Origin: Squalus acanthias
Lineage: Eukaryota
Reading direction: 5' to 3'
Length of the DNA: 64,000 nucleotides
NCBI GenBank assembly: GCA_030390025.1
Contig: CM059447.1
Span: 20,088,001 to 20,152,000, forward strand
Below the pieces are notes generated by a model that saw only the letters and a program-made list of their open reading frames with translations, was not told the origin of the DNA and did no database searches. The translations under genes and the position numbers were made by a program. How positions within the stretch are numbered: the first letter of the stretch is position 1; the number at the start of each line of letters is the position of its first letter. Below, one piece after another: positions 13,131 to 25,020 of the stretch.

Positions 13131-14254
13131 AACACTTACATCCTCTGTTTAAAAAAAAATTACTTCCATTTTGCCTTTTGTCCCACTGCAATTTGGACTT
13201 ATAAGGGTATGCTTCCTTGTCCATATCAGCATCCTGCTCTATCTCTTCTGTGATCGTCCAGTATCACTCTGGGAGTGCACCTAAATATGCCAGCAAGTTA
13301 CCCTGCCTAATAGACAGTTGCCATTATCACAGTTGCTTCTGAGGTATCAATACTGCATTTGCACAAGCTGATGTCTGAAGGAGCATCTGGCTCCATATTC
13401 TGCACCTCCACCATCTGTAATGAATCTAATACAACTGTAGCTATCTCCAACTGCTGGTCTGACCAGATGGTCCACACAGCTACACCAGATGATGAAAATG
13501 CTGATTGAGAGGCTGTAATTGTTCAATGGATTAATTTCACCAAATATCACCGTCTTCCCCCAAAGCAAACTACAAGCATCGAATCCCATTCAGGCCCAGA
13601 AGGTGTCTCCATGACTTTTATCCCAACAACCATGTTTCTAAACATCTCATGCTTTATTGTCAAGAAATATTGGACGGGCATTACATAACCTAGCTGTCAC
13701 ATTGTAAATACAAGATTTAGATTCTCAATTTTTGGTGATAAAAGAACAATCTTTAATACTATATTAAAAATCTTACATCTGCACACACTTCCTGTCAACT
13801 TTTCCATTAATTTTATACGTCCACCTTTATAATGGAAACTGTCAATGTAAACTTGTCACCCTGTAATTATATCCTCCTGCCAGAGGTTACACTACAGTGC
13901 CTCAACTTTGCATCTCCAAGCTCCTTAGCCTGTATTGCAGACAGACACCTTAAGTTCTAACCAACTCTGCATCTCAAATTGCCTTAAGTTTTGCTATTTA
14001 ACTACAAATAATATCAAATCAACATATTTTGTAAAAATAAGGACAAAATGTATAATTTTAAAATGGGGACAGAATTATGCCTGCGTGTCATGGTATAATT
14101 ATGCCCTGCTTCTAACTCCACCTCACCTCAATCAGCAGCCCGTTTTACACCCTGCCCAATTTTCTTCTCTTTCTTTCCAGATTTGAAAGTTCTAGTTTCA
14201 GGGCTCTAGAACATGTGACTCTATCAGAATTACCTATTGTTGGTAGAATCCATT

Positions 14255-14945
14255 AATTGGAAGGCAGAGATTTCTGTTCTATGCCTAATTTATCATCTCT
14301 AAGCAGGTTATTAAAACAACGCTCTTCAGGATGAACTTTTTGAAGAACCTTATGGCCATTGTTTTTATCTGCTGGTAGAAGTCGACCTCGGTGTACATTC
14401 CTCAGAGCACATATACAGCGAGAAAAGTAGAAGCCCCGCCAAATTTTCTTGGTGATCCTTTGTCCCAGTGGGTGGTTCATTGTACCAACATCCTTAAAAT
14501 TTGCTACTTCATCCTATAACATTCATCCAGTCAGAAGGTTGTGGGTTCAAGGCCCACTCCAGGGACGTCAGCACATTTATCCCTCAACCAACATAACAAA
14601 GACAGATTATCTGGTCATTATCACATTGCTGTTTGTGGGAGCTTGCTGTGCGCAAATCGGCTGCCGCGTTTCCCACATTACAACAGTGACTCCACTTCAA
14701 AAATACTTAATTGGCTATAAAGCGCTTTGAGACGTCCGGTGGTCGTGAAAGGCGCTATATAAATGCAAGTCTTTCTTTCTATGCTAGTTGGAGCTTTATC
14801 TTCTGATATGTCTGGATGATATTCTGCTTGCAGCAAGTTCCATGACTGCTATCCACCATTGTTATTCCAAGTTACTTTATCATCTTCTCAAAGCTGTATA
14901 TTCCGAGATTTATGTATCCAAGTTGATGTTGACTTCTACTGATCC
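14255..14945 (+). pseudogene. highly decayed DIRS-type (tyrosine-recombinase retrotransposon) reverse transcriptase fragment, interrupted by a SINE
   Basis: DFCSMPNLSSLSRLLKQR / FRMNFLKNLMAIV / LVEVDL before the SINE and LICLDDILLAASS...LLKAVYSEIYVSKLMLTST after it; order matches DIRS RT FRPILNL..LN..L...FRM..L / IDL / YLDD.L..A.S...LG..IN..KS.L.P. Confidence 0.55.
14529..14779 (+). mobile_element. SacSINE1/DeuSINE-like SINE with internal deletion
   Basis: Head tcagaaggttgtgggttcaa..cccactccag joins directly to atttatccctcaacc; tail ggcgctatataaatgcaagtctttctttc; matches the full copy at 51538-52003. Confidence 0.85.
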
Positions 14946-15044
14946 TGACACCCTCCACACCCATACCTCTAGTTGACAATGCGTGGTGTAAATACAATAC
15001 ACAACCATGCTTGGTGGCTTTCACAAAAATAGACAGTGAGTTAT

Positions 15045-16402
15045 ATTATTGGAAAGAATTCTGAAGGACAGGATAAATCTTCATTTAGAAAGACACGGAT
15101 TAATCAAGGATAGTCAGACTGGATTTGTTAAGGGAAGGTCGTGTCTGACAAACTTGATTGAATTTTTTTAACAGGTAACAAGGAGGATAGATGAGGGTAG
15201 TGTGTTTGATGTAGTGTATATGGACTATAGCAAGGCTTTTGATAAGGTTCCACATGGCAGACTGGTCACGAAGTTAAAAGCCCATGGGATCCAGGGCAAA
15301 GTGTCAAGTTGGATTCAAAACTGGCTCGGAGGCAGGAAGCAGAGGGTAATGGCTGATGGGTGTTTTTGTGACAGGAAGGCTGTTTCCAGTGGGGTTCCTC
15401 AGGGCTCAGTACTAGGTCCCTTGCTTTTTGTGGTATATATCAATGATCTAGACTTAATCATACCCCCTATATTCAAGAAGTTTGCAGATGATACTAAAAT
15501 CGGCTGTGTGGTTGATACTGAAGAAGGAAGCTGTAGACTGCAGGAAGATATCAATAAATTGGTCAGGTGGGCAGAACAGTAGTAAATGGAATTCAATCCG
15601 GAGAAGTGTGAGGTAATACATTTGGGGAGGGCTAACAAGGAAAGGGAATACACATTAAATGGTAGGACACTGAGTAGTGTAGAGGAACAAAGGGACCTTG
15701 GAGTGCATGTCCACAGATCCCTGAAGGTAGCAGGCCAGGTAGATAAGGTAGTTAAGAAGGCATACGGAATGGTTGCCATTATTAGCCGTGGCATAGAATA
15801 CAAGAGCAGGGGGGTTATGCTTCAACTGTATAAAACACTAGTTAGGCCTCAGCTAGAGTACTGCGTGCAGTTCTGGTCACCACATTACAGGAAAGATGTG
15901 ATTGCACTAGAGAGGGTACAGAGGAGATTTACAAGGATGTTGCCGGGAGTAGAGAATCTTAGCTATGACGAAAGACTGGATAGGCTGGGTTTGTTTTCCT
16001 TGGAACAGAGGAGATGGGGGGAGACCTTATTGAGGTGTATAAAATTATGAGGGGCCTCGATAAAATGGATAGAAAGGACCTATTTCCCTTAGCAGAGGGG
16101 TCAAAAACCAGGGGGCACAGATTTAAAGTAGTTGGTGGAAGGTTTAAGAGGGGATTTGAGGGGAAATTTCTTCACCCAGAGGGTTGAGGGGGTCTGGAAC
16201 TCACTGCCTGAAAGGGTGGTAGAGGCAGAAACCCTAACCACATTTAAAAAGTACTTGGATGTGCACTTGGGATGCTGTAACCTGCAGGGCTACGGACCTA
16301 GAGCTGGGAAGTGGGATTAAGCTGGATGGCTCTTTGTTGGCCGGCGCGGACACGATGGGCCGAAATGGCCTCCTTCCGTTCTGTAACTTTCTATGATTCT
16401 AT
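15045..16402 (+). mobile_element. 5'-truncated CR1 LINE (RT domain to 3' end), disrupted
   Basis: ORFs 15202-15582 (YMDYSKAFDKVPH..GVPQGSVLGPLLF..KFADD), 15586-16050, 16132-16320; tail ttctatgattcta; same subfamily as 143-1191. Confidence 0.96.
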
Positions 16403-17398
16403 ATATTTGGCTATGGGCTATGTACCCAAACTCACTTGATGGCCTATCAGAAGAAAACAAGTTATTGGATTGTATATCTGACACATAATAGAAGTGTCCT
16501 TTGTTTAGGTTTCCATTTTCAAGTCTGTTTCTTTCTATTCATATTTCAAGTTCGCAGAATATAACACACCATCTGAAAGCTAAGTATGCCATGGCAATAT
16601 TAAAATAAAATATGTAAAATTTTAAGGTAATCTCAATTGGTGTGCATTCATGTACAATATTTTTGCATAATTTGTTGGTCTCGGTAGTAATACTGTTCTA
16701 GGTGATTAGTATTTAGCTTTTTACATTTTCTGCAGGACAGCATGAAATCAGCCAAAATACCATACTGTATCGGTCTGTCTGTAAAACCTTTGAATATATA
16801 TGACTGATATATACATGATTAGAGCACAAACACAACAGTTATTTAAAATGCTTAGAACAGGAAAGATCTGAGACCTTGCTGGGTGTAGATATCTAGAGCT
16901 CCAGTCCTATATTATAGCTCCTTGTGAAAAAAAATCCCTCAGTAATTTAATTTTAACATGGCAAATGTATTAATGGAACATGCAATGTCTAAATAACCGG
17001 TGATGCATTAAATACTTAATTGTAAATGTTGTTTGTCTACATTTACTTTAACAATGGAGAAAAAGTAGAACAATTGTGCAGATAAAAAATGTCATCTGTG
17101 CATTTTTTGTGTGAATAGAATGGAGTGTACATTTCATGCTCTAAGTAGCTGGAGGGAGCATCAGGGACAATTCCCATTTGGCTTGTTTGAAAGCTCTTCA
17201 ATTTGTGCTAATCAATTTGGACCATCCAAAGAGAAATACCGCTTGATTTTGGAATGAATTTGAATTAGTTTGCTCCTTTAAATTGAAAACTCTTACACTT
17301 AACAATTTATATTTCTGTAAAATATTACGTTTCATACTGTATTAGAATATAAACACCAGTTCCATTTAAAATTTGAATAAAAGTACAGGTAGACTAGG

Positions 17399-17540
17399 GC
17401 ACTTGAAGTGCCATAGTCTACAGGGCTACGGACCAAGAGCTGGAAAGTGGGATTAGGCTGGATGGCTCTTTTTTCGGCCGGCACAGACACAATGGGCCGA
17501 ATGGCCTCCTTCTGTGCCGTAAATTTCTATGATTCTATGA
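17399..17540 (+). mobile_element. CR1 3' end fragment
   Basis: cagggctacggaccaagagctggaaagtgggattag..aatggcctccttctgtg..ttctatgattctatga. Confidence 0.9.
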
Positions 17541-18109
17541 GGGCTATAAATATTTGGCAGGCATACCATGAGAAAAAAATTGATAGAATAGCAAATGAAA
17601 TTAAAATTTTAAAAAGGTAAAAGTTAAGGAAGGTATAAGAATGAAACAATCCCAGGCAGGCTACCCCTCACTATTTGTGATCAGTGCTATGGAAATATTA
17701 TCATCTACTGCCACAGGCAAGTTTTCTCTCCCATCCAATAAATATTCCTGTGTCTTCTATCTCAGGTCTAGGGTGGTCCTTGAATGAACAACTTTTCTAG
17801 GCCAAAGGCAAAGAATCACTGTGGCAGATGAAAAGTTCAATGGGAAATAACATGAAATGTTCCAACGTTAAAGATAGAAAGGCTGAAGAATGCTCAGCTT
17901 AAAGTGTATATACCAGGTGTATTTTAATGTATTTGTGGTAATCATTAACTTGGCCAGAGTTTACATATAATTTATATTACACAGATGCATGTCAAATCCT
18001 AGTCACATTCACATATTTTGCTGCAGACTCCTTAGTATACAAAAGGTTTTTTAAATGCTCCAGGAAAAGGAAACAAAAGAACATCCTGGTCCTGTCACTG
18101 ATTGTATTA

Positions 18110-18635
18110 CCAGAAGCTGAAACCCTCATCGATACCTTTGTCACCTCCAGACTTGACTATTACAATGCTTTCTTGGCCAACCTCCCATTTTTCACTCTCC
18201 ATAAGCGTCAGCTCATCCAAAACTCTGCTGCCCATATCAGATCCCACACACGTCATGTTCACCCATCACCCCTGTCCTCACTGACCATCATTGGGCTGCT
18301 GGTCCTACAAAATTCTCATCATCGAGTTTAAATCTGGTCTTGTCCCTCCCTATTGGTAACCTCATAAAGCCCCTGCCCATTTCTTTGACTGGCCTCTGTG
18401 CATCCCACCTTCCTTTACCCCACCTTTGGCAGCTATGCCCTCAGTCATCTTGGACCAACCCTCCCTGAACCCCTCTGCCTCGCCACCTCCCTCTCCTCCT
18501 TTAAGACTCTCCTCTTTGATCGAGTCTTTGGTCACCTCTCCTAATATCTACTTCTCCAAGCCAGTATCCATCTTTCGTTTTGATTACACCCCTGTGAAGC
18601 ACCTTGGGAAGTTTTTCTACATTAAAAGGTACAAG
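18110..18635 (+). mobile_element. old L2 LINE 3' fragment
   Basis: tttgtcacctccagacttgactat..ttggtcacct..cctgtgaagcaccttggga, collinear with 31585-32212. Confidence 0.85.
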
Positions 18636-20399
18636 TTGTTCTTGTCATTGTTTTATCTAGTTAGAGGACATTTGTACTATCTGAATCCATTCTCACTCAT
18701 GATGTCCTTGTTGAGTGAAGGCTGATACACAAACAGCCTTCAAAAAGTGTATGCACCTGCCTATTATAAATATCATTGAAGTGCTACTAATAAAAATACA
18801 TTCATATAAAAATAAGTTTGAAGGTGCTGTCAATATGTATAGTTTCCATCTTACTACGTAACCCTCAATTACCGTAAGCAAATTTAGCCATTAGAATCAT
18901 TGGGTTCCCCATAACGTTTATTATACAAAGTTTCTATATGGACTACTCAAATCGGGGACATTTGCCAGAAGCACCAAATATAGTTGTTTGCATCATCAAA
19001 ATCTGCGTTAATGTAACTTGTCTAAACCACCTCACCACCACAGAATGAGCAACTGTTATCATCTCACCCCTGGATACTCAGCAATTATCATCTCATCAGT
19101 AGGCAGAAAGTCATTATTACCATCTCAGCACAGGCTGGATAGCAATTATTACCATCCTGGAGGAGGACAACTCTATTACCAAGTAGCTTCAGAGTTTGTT
19201 TATTAGAAATCAGTTTGGATCAGTCCCTCCACTAAACATGGACAGATAAAACCAGTATCAGGCTGCATCAGCCTCTGCGCTAAATGTATACAGATGAAAC
19301 CAATTCTGCTCCAAATGAACTCTCAAATCCTCAGTGTGTAAAATCTTTTAATTGAATTCCTGTGCTGTTCCCTCTGCCCATTGAAATGCCAACAGAAAGA
19401 TGTCTGGCTTTGGTCTGTGGGGGGTGCTACCGTCTTCAGAGGGGGATCTCTGGGAGAGATTTGAAACGCTTACAACTAATCAATACAAAAAGAATGAACC
19501 TGAACCTCTTCATTTCTAACGCTGTGGAAATATGTCAATACAGGGATTAAAGTGATCTGTCTTATTGATTCCCAAAGGACAGGCCTCCCCCTGAGGTGCT
19601 ATCACAACTCCAACAGCACTGCAGTAATGTGTTTGCCTTCTCAACCATAAAAACTACAAATTACTGCTCTGAGGGGAACAGACTGCCCCCGGAGCAGGCA
19701 GGCAGATTACTGAGCTATTTACCTGAATCACTGCTGGTTGCAGACATCGAGCTGTAAGGTGAAAAAAAAACCAGGCAATATCTACATTATATATAAAAAA
19801 GAGGGAAACAGGGGAGAGGTAGTTTGGGAACCAACAAATGGAACAACTAAAAGGACAGAGAAAGAGAAAAAAAGTAAAAACATTAAGAAGGGCAGACAAA
19901 GATTTATCCGGATTACTAGATATGCTTTCTCCATATATAAGTATACACTAAAATTGCCAACCATATTGGCTTTGCAAAATAATCTCTTCTGCCTATAACT
20001 TCAGTTTGAAGGAAATCCAGAAACTGGCCATGGAATTTGGACTAGTCACCATCATTTCTAATTTCATTAATCCAGTGCATTTCCCAGCACTATGGATGTT
20101 ATGCAAACAATTATCCTTAAGAAGATGTTACCTTGTTAGCTGGAATCAGCAATGTTGCTTCCAGGGGAAATGTGGAGCCCAAAATTTTCCCTTAAAAAAG
20201 TGTTATGAGTAGCAGAGAAGCAAGTGGTAGAGAAGGAATAATGGTTGGAGAGGCAGAATGACTGACCAACTGAAGATAATTACTTATTTTATCTTACTCC
20301 CCCTGACTCCGAGAAATTTATTTTTGATCTGCGCAACAGCAAAATGAAGAACTGATTAACATAGGTACCTCTCAAAAGTATCAGTGCGACAATGTTAGG

Positions 20400-20630
20400 T
20401 CACCACATTGATGCTCAACCGTTGCCTGGATACAAGAAACCAACTTGGCAGCCCAACCAAGAAAAAGCTATAACTTTCACAAAAATGCATTTTTGGGACT
20501 GTTCTACCTGCTGGCTAGGAAATATCCACAGGATAGAAGGACCCAAAACCATTCCAATGGAATTTATTCAACAGAATATCAGCGGGTTCGGAGAACAATT
20601 GATGTCATCATTGAAAACCTAGGCAGACTT
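20400..20630 (+). mobile_element. possible ancient RTE LINE ORF C-terminal fragment
   Basis: ORF 20392-20622 contains PTWQ...WLGNIHRIEGPKTIPME, resembling RTE ITWQD...RWLGHVHRMED.RIPK. Confidence 0.35.
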
Positions 20631-20675
20631 AATTTGCATATCCCTCTTCTCACTCAAGCTCACAACAATATATTT

Positions 20676-21290
20676 AAAAAAAAAAGAAAATACTGCGGAT
20701 GCTGGAAATCTGAAATAAAAACAGAAAATGCTGGAGATACTCAGCAGGTCAGGCAGCATCTGTGAAGAGAGAAACAGAGTTAATGCTTCAGGTCGATGAC
20801 CTTTCGTCAGAACTGGAAAAAAGCAGGAAATGGAACCGATTTTTAAGCAAGTGTGGGGGCTGGGAAAGGGGGGAGGGGATGATTTCAGATCATAACCTAT
20901 CATATATATACTTTTTATCCACACTTTTTGTTTGTGCCTTCTGTTCTTCTCTCCCACATGGCAGCTGTCTTTCATTCTGCCAGCGCAATTTACACTTCAT
21001 CTAGAGCCATCCTTTGTTTCTTAACCTGTCCCATTACCATCTCCTTTTGCCTTGAATATCTCTCAATGTCTCTTAACCTCTCCTGCCTTCTATCCTATCA
21101 CAGACCTTCCCTTTTGTTCTTTCATCCCCTCCCCCCTTTCCCAGCCCCCACACGTGCTTAAAAATCAGTTCCATTTCCTGCTTTTTTCCAGTTCTGACGA
21201 AAGGTCAGCGACCTGAAACGTTAACTCTGTTTCTCTCTTCACAGATGCTGCCTGACCTGCTGAGTATCTCCAGCATTTTCTGTTTTTATT
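20676..21290 (+). mobile_element. Penelope-like element 3' end with inverted pseudo-LTRs (family A)
   Basis: Inverted arms of about 170 bp (about 20711-20883 / 21122-21292); 16-bp direct repeat TCACAACAATATATTT at 20660-20675 and 21291-21306; spacer starts ttc aga tca taa (FRS*), like the end of a shark PLE ORF. Confidence 0.88.
21189..21226 (+). ncRNA. minimal type I hammerhead ribozyme motif in PLE pseudo-LTR
   Basis: AGTT-CTGACGA-A-AGGTC(agc)GACCT-GAAA-CGTT-AACT: core boxes, 5-bp stem II, palindromic ACGT stem III, AGTT/AACT stem I. Confidence 0.75.
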
Positions 21291-21784
21291 TCACAACAAT
21301 ATATTTCTTTGTTTCAGGGTGCATTTATATTGTAATTTTAGTCTTCTTGTGAAGCGGTTCCTACTTCACAGCAACACTAAAGTTTCATAAAGTTCCATAC
21401 AATTACAGAAATCAGGGCCCCTGGACATTTATTAAACCTATCTGGAATTGATTTAAACTGCAATGAGTCATGCTCTTATAGAGTAACCAGGCTTGATGAG
21501 TGTTAGCAAAGTCAAGTCCATCTGTGACTATTTTGATCCTTCTTACCATTTGACATGTTGGAAAAGATATGAAAGCACATGAATGAAGGAAGGAAGGAAG
21601 TCTTTTGACGACAGTCCTCACTTACAGTCCCTGGGCTTCATGCTAACTTTATTTTCACCAGTCTAGCTCTTGGTTCCTGAGATGCAGCTAGGTCACTAAA
21701 TAATGACAATCCACGTTACAATAATTTACTACCAAGGGGGCTAACAATACTGCTAAACATTTGACTAGTCAACATGACGTTGGC

Positions 21785-21895
21785 TATTTATTACATTACA
21801 ACAGCGACTACACTTCAAATGTACTTAATTGGCTGTAAATCGCTTTAGGACATCCTGAGGTTGTGAAAAGCGCTATATAAATGTAAGTCTTTCTT
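21785..21895 (+). mobile_element. SacSINE1-like 3' fragment
   Basis: tacattacaacagcgactacacttcaaa..gcgctatataaatgtaagtctttc. Confidence 0.85.
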
Positions 21896-23644
21896 TTTTT
21901 TATTGCTTTCTGTATTTCTTACATAGTAATATTTTAACAGTTTCAGGCATTGGTTTAATTGTCTCTGTGCACAGCAACTTACGTGTACACATAAATTCCT
22001 GTCTGCACTATTTTAACGCTCCTGTTAACTTGGAAATTTATGCAGGCAGATTAACTGGTGCACTAAAAACAGCACAGAGAGGAAAGTAACCCACAAATGA
22101 GCAATGCGAGATACATCTACACAGTATGTACATGACAAAAATATACATGAGACATAGATCGGCAAAGGAAGAGAGAAAAAATGTTTCTCAACTGCCATAT
22201 TAGGATTTCAAAAACATATTATGAAGAAAAATAAAAAGCCTTGAGCCTGACCTAGGTTGGTACAGTATGTGTGACTACATAAATAGATGAACAATCTCTG
22301 TTGTTCATCGTAATGCATACAGCATACGGATATAAATGTATCTTTATGTTAACTTGTCATTTTCACGTCCTGGAGCCAGGATATCTATTGAATGAAATTT
22401 GTAATTCTGCCTTCTGACACGTTTAGGAATCCCATCTACCAATTCATGAATTCAGTGATTTTTCTTTTCTGTAACTCTCACCGTGAACACACAGGCACAG
22501 ATCATCTATAAATTGATGAACTTAATAGCTAGCAGAGAGCCTGTTTGATCCATATTGTAATTTCCTCCCAAAACACAGACACACGTTGACCAGCCAATTC
22601 ACCGACCCAGTGACCAGAGCAGTTACTGTGTATTCTGACTCTCCCGATCATGAGGCCACATACTAACCACAAATTCATGAGCTCAAGAGCAGTCACGTAC
22701 TCTCTCTCGCTACCTACTGATCCCCCACTATGAGCCGCGCATTGAGAATAAGGCAATCATCAAGTAGTTTGTCCTTAAGTGATAGCACCGGAAAGTGCAA
22801 TGGGCAAGCTCACGGCTCAAAGCTTGTATTCAATCAAAACACTTGAGAAGTTCAGAAACACGGAACAAAAACCTGATTAAATCTTAATAATTCTGCCGTT
22901 GGAGATGGAAACTGGCAATATCACAAACCAGTTTATGCAGTTGAATCTTCATAATATGCAATCCTGATGAAAGCAAATTTGTAGTTATAACCTGATTACA
23001 TGCATTTTTTTTTAAAAAGCTCAGTGATTAGCCAATGCGTAGTGAATTTATTACATGAGAGAGGGGACCAAATAACTCATTGAAATTGCAGGGGCAAATC
23101 AGCTATGTAGGTCCTGACTCACAAACAGGGTAAAATTCCATATATTGTATAAGGGCTTAAGTGCGCTGTGTTCTTTTTGTACCACTACAGTCAATGGTGA
23201 GTCATTAAACCCAGATTTTAACATACTCATGGGCTGGATCTACATAATTCACGTGCGCCTGTAGCATTTGTGAATCATCTGATCCCATCACTTCGGGGGA
23301 TACATTCTGTGTTCAGCAGCTTACCGCTGGATTAACATTAAAAATAATTGTGAGCCGCCATATGTCTTAATAATTTGTCACAGAAATTGTTTCAATTCTT
23401 AATTCTCTGACTTTCTGGGCTTCGAAATATTAGTGAGGTTCTTCATTTTCAGCTTTTACTAAATTTCAGATAATTGTAGGCTTGTTAACACTACAATTTT
23501 TGAAATGTTGTGATTCTTGTGATATTTGGCTGTATAGGCCTTTTTTTTAACAGCGTTAGCCTCTAGGTCATCTTCAATGTTTACTCCTGGCTCCTCCCCA
23601 GTACACCATCAGAAAATGATCTAAATAAGATAAAACTAGGTAAT

Positions 23645-23900
23645 TCGTAGAAGTTTACTTCACAAAAGAAGGCTATTTGGCTGATAGCTTCTGTGCTGGC
23701 TCTCTGAAAGAGCTATCCACTTATTCTCATTCCCTTGTCACTTTAGCCTTTAACTTTTTTATGTTTAAAATTTTTATCCACTTCCTTTTTTAAAGCTTTT
23801 ATAGATTCTGTTTCCATCCATAAAAAAAACCTCAATCTCTCCCTTTGTTCTTTTGGTGACGGCCTTAAATATAGGCCCTCTTGTTACCAACTCACTGACC
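23645..23900 (-). mobile_element. old CR1 3' fragment
   Basis: gaaagagctatcc..ccttaaatataggccctcttgttacc resembles the reverse 3' end at 143-430. Confidence 0.6.
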
Positions 23901-24481
23901 ACATTACTTGAAAACTATAGGAATAGTTTCTCCTTTTGGCAGCAAGTAGTTTTTATGCTGTTCTGTGTAGATTTTGTGGACAAATAACAGACGCTGGCCA
24001 CAGTTTTTCGGTATCAGTTTTATGAAGCATGAATTCGATAGCGGAAACAGAAAAAAAGTGAGCCTACCATGATACAGCAGTGATAATGCTCCAATGTACT
24101 TCTGAACCATCTAAATTTCAAACTTCATTGGTATAAGTAGTTAATATTTAGTTCATCCAGCTGCTGGAACTGCAGGAGTAAGCAAAGCCTTGTAAGCAAA
24201 GGCTGGCTGGCCAATTTTAAAGCTAGACTTACTGACTTAGACAGGGAGGTGATGGTACATAACTCGAGAAAAGAAATGGTCTTTTTGGTGTCTCATGGCC
24301 ATCAAGGTCAAGTGTGGTAATACATAACAGAGAAGGTGAACTCAGGGTTCAGTACAGGGATAACCTAGAAGGAGGGTCAGAAGATGTTTCACAACATGAA
24401 AAATATCACCAAATATTACTGTGAATTATCACCAAAATACAGATTATGCCAATGAAGGGTGTGTGCATGTGTCGATATATA

Positions 24482-25020
24482 TTTTGGTCTTCTTACCTAA
24501 GGAAGGATATACTTGCCTTAGAGGGGGTGCAATGAACGTTCACTAGATTGATTCCTGGGATGAGAAGGTGGTCCTATGAGGAGAGATCGAGTAGAATGGG
24601 CCTATATTCTCTGGAATTTAGAAGAATGATACGTGATCTCATTGAAACATATAAAATTCTTAGAGGGCTTGACAAGGTAGATACTGAGAGGCTGTTTCCC
24701 CTGGCTGGAGAGTCTAGAACTAGGGGGCATAGTCTCAGGATAAGGGGTCGACCATTTAGGACTGAGATGAGGAGAAAGTTCTTCACTCAGTGGGTGGTGA
24801 ATCTTTGGAATTCTCTACCCCAGAGGGCTGTGGAGGCTCAGTCGTTGAGTATATTCAAGACTGAGACTGATAGATTTTTGGACATTAAGGGAATCAAGGA
24901 ATATGAGGATAGGGTGGGAAAGTGGAGTTGATGTAGAAGTTCAGCCATGATCTTATTGAATGGCAGAGCAGGCTCGAGCGGCTGTGTGGTCTACTCCTGC
25001 TCAAATTTCTCATGTTTTTA
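24482..25020 (+). mobile_element. CR1 LINE 3' fragment
   Basis: ORF 24548-24931 SYEER..GLYSLEFRR..RTRGHSLRIRGRPFRTEMRRKFFTQ. Confidence 0.95.

Noticed and set aside
19045-19185. CRISPR-like array
   Set aside because: Repeats are short and degenerate, the context is vertebrate, and there are no cas genes
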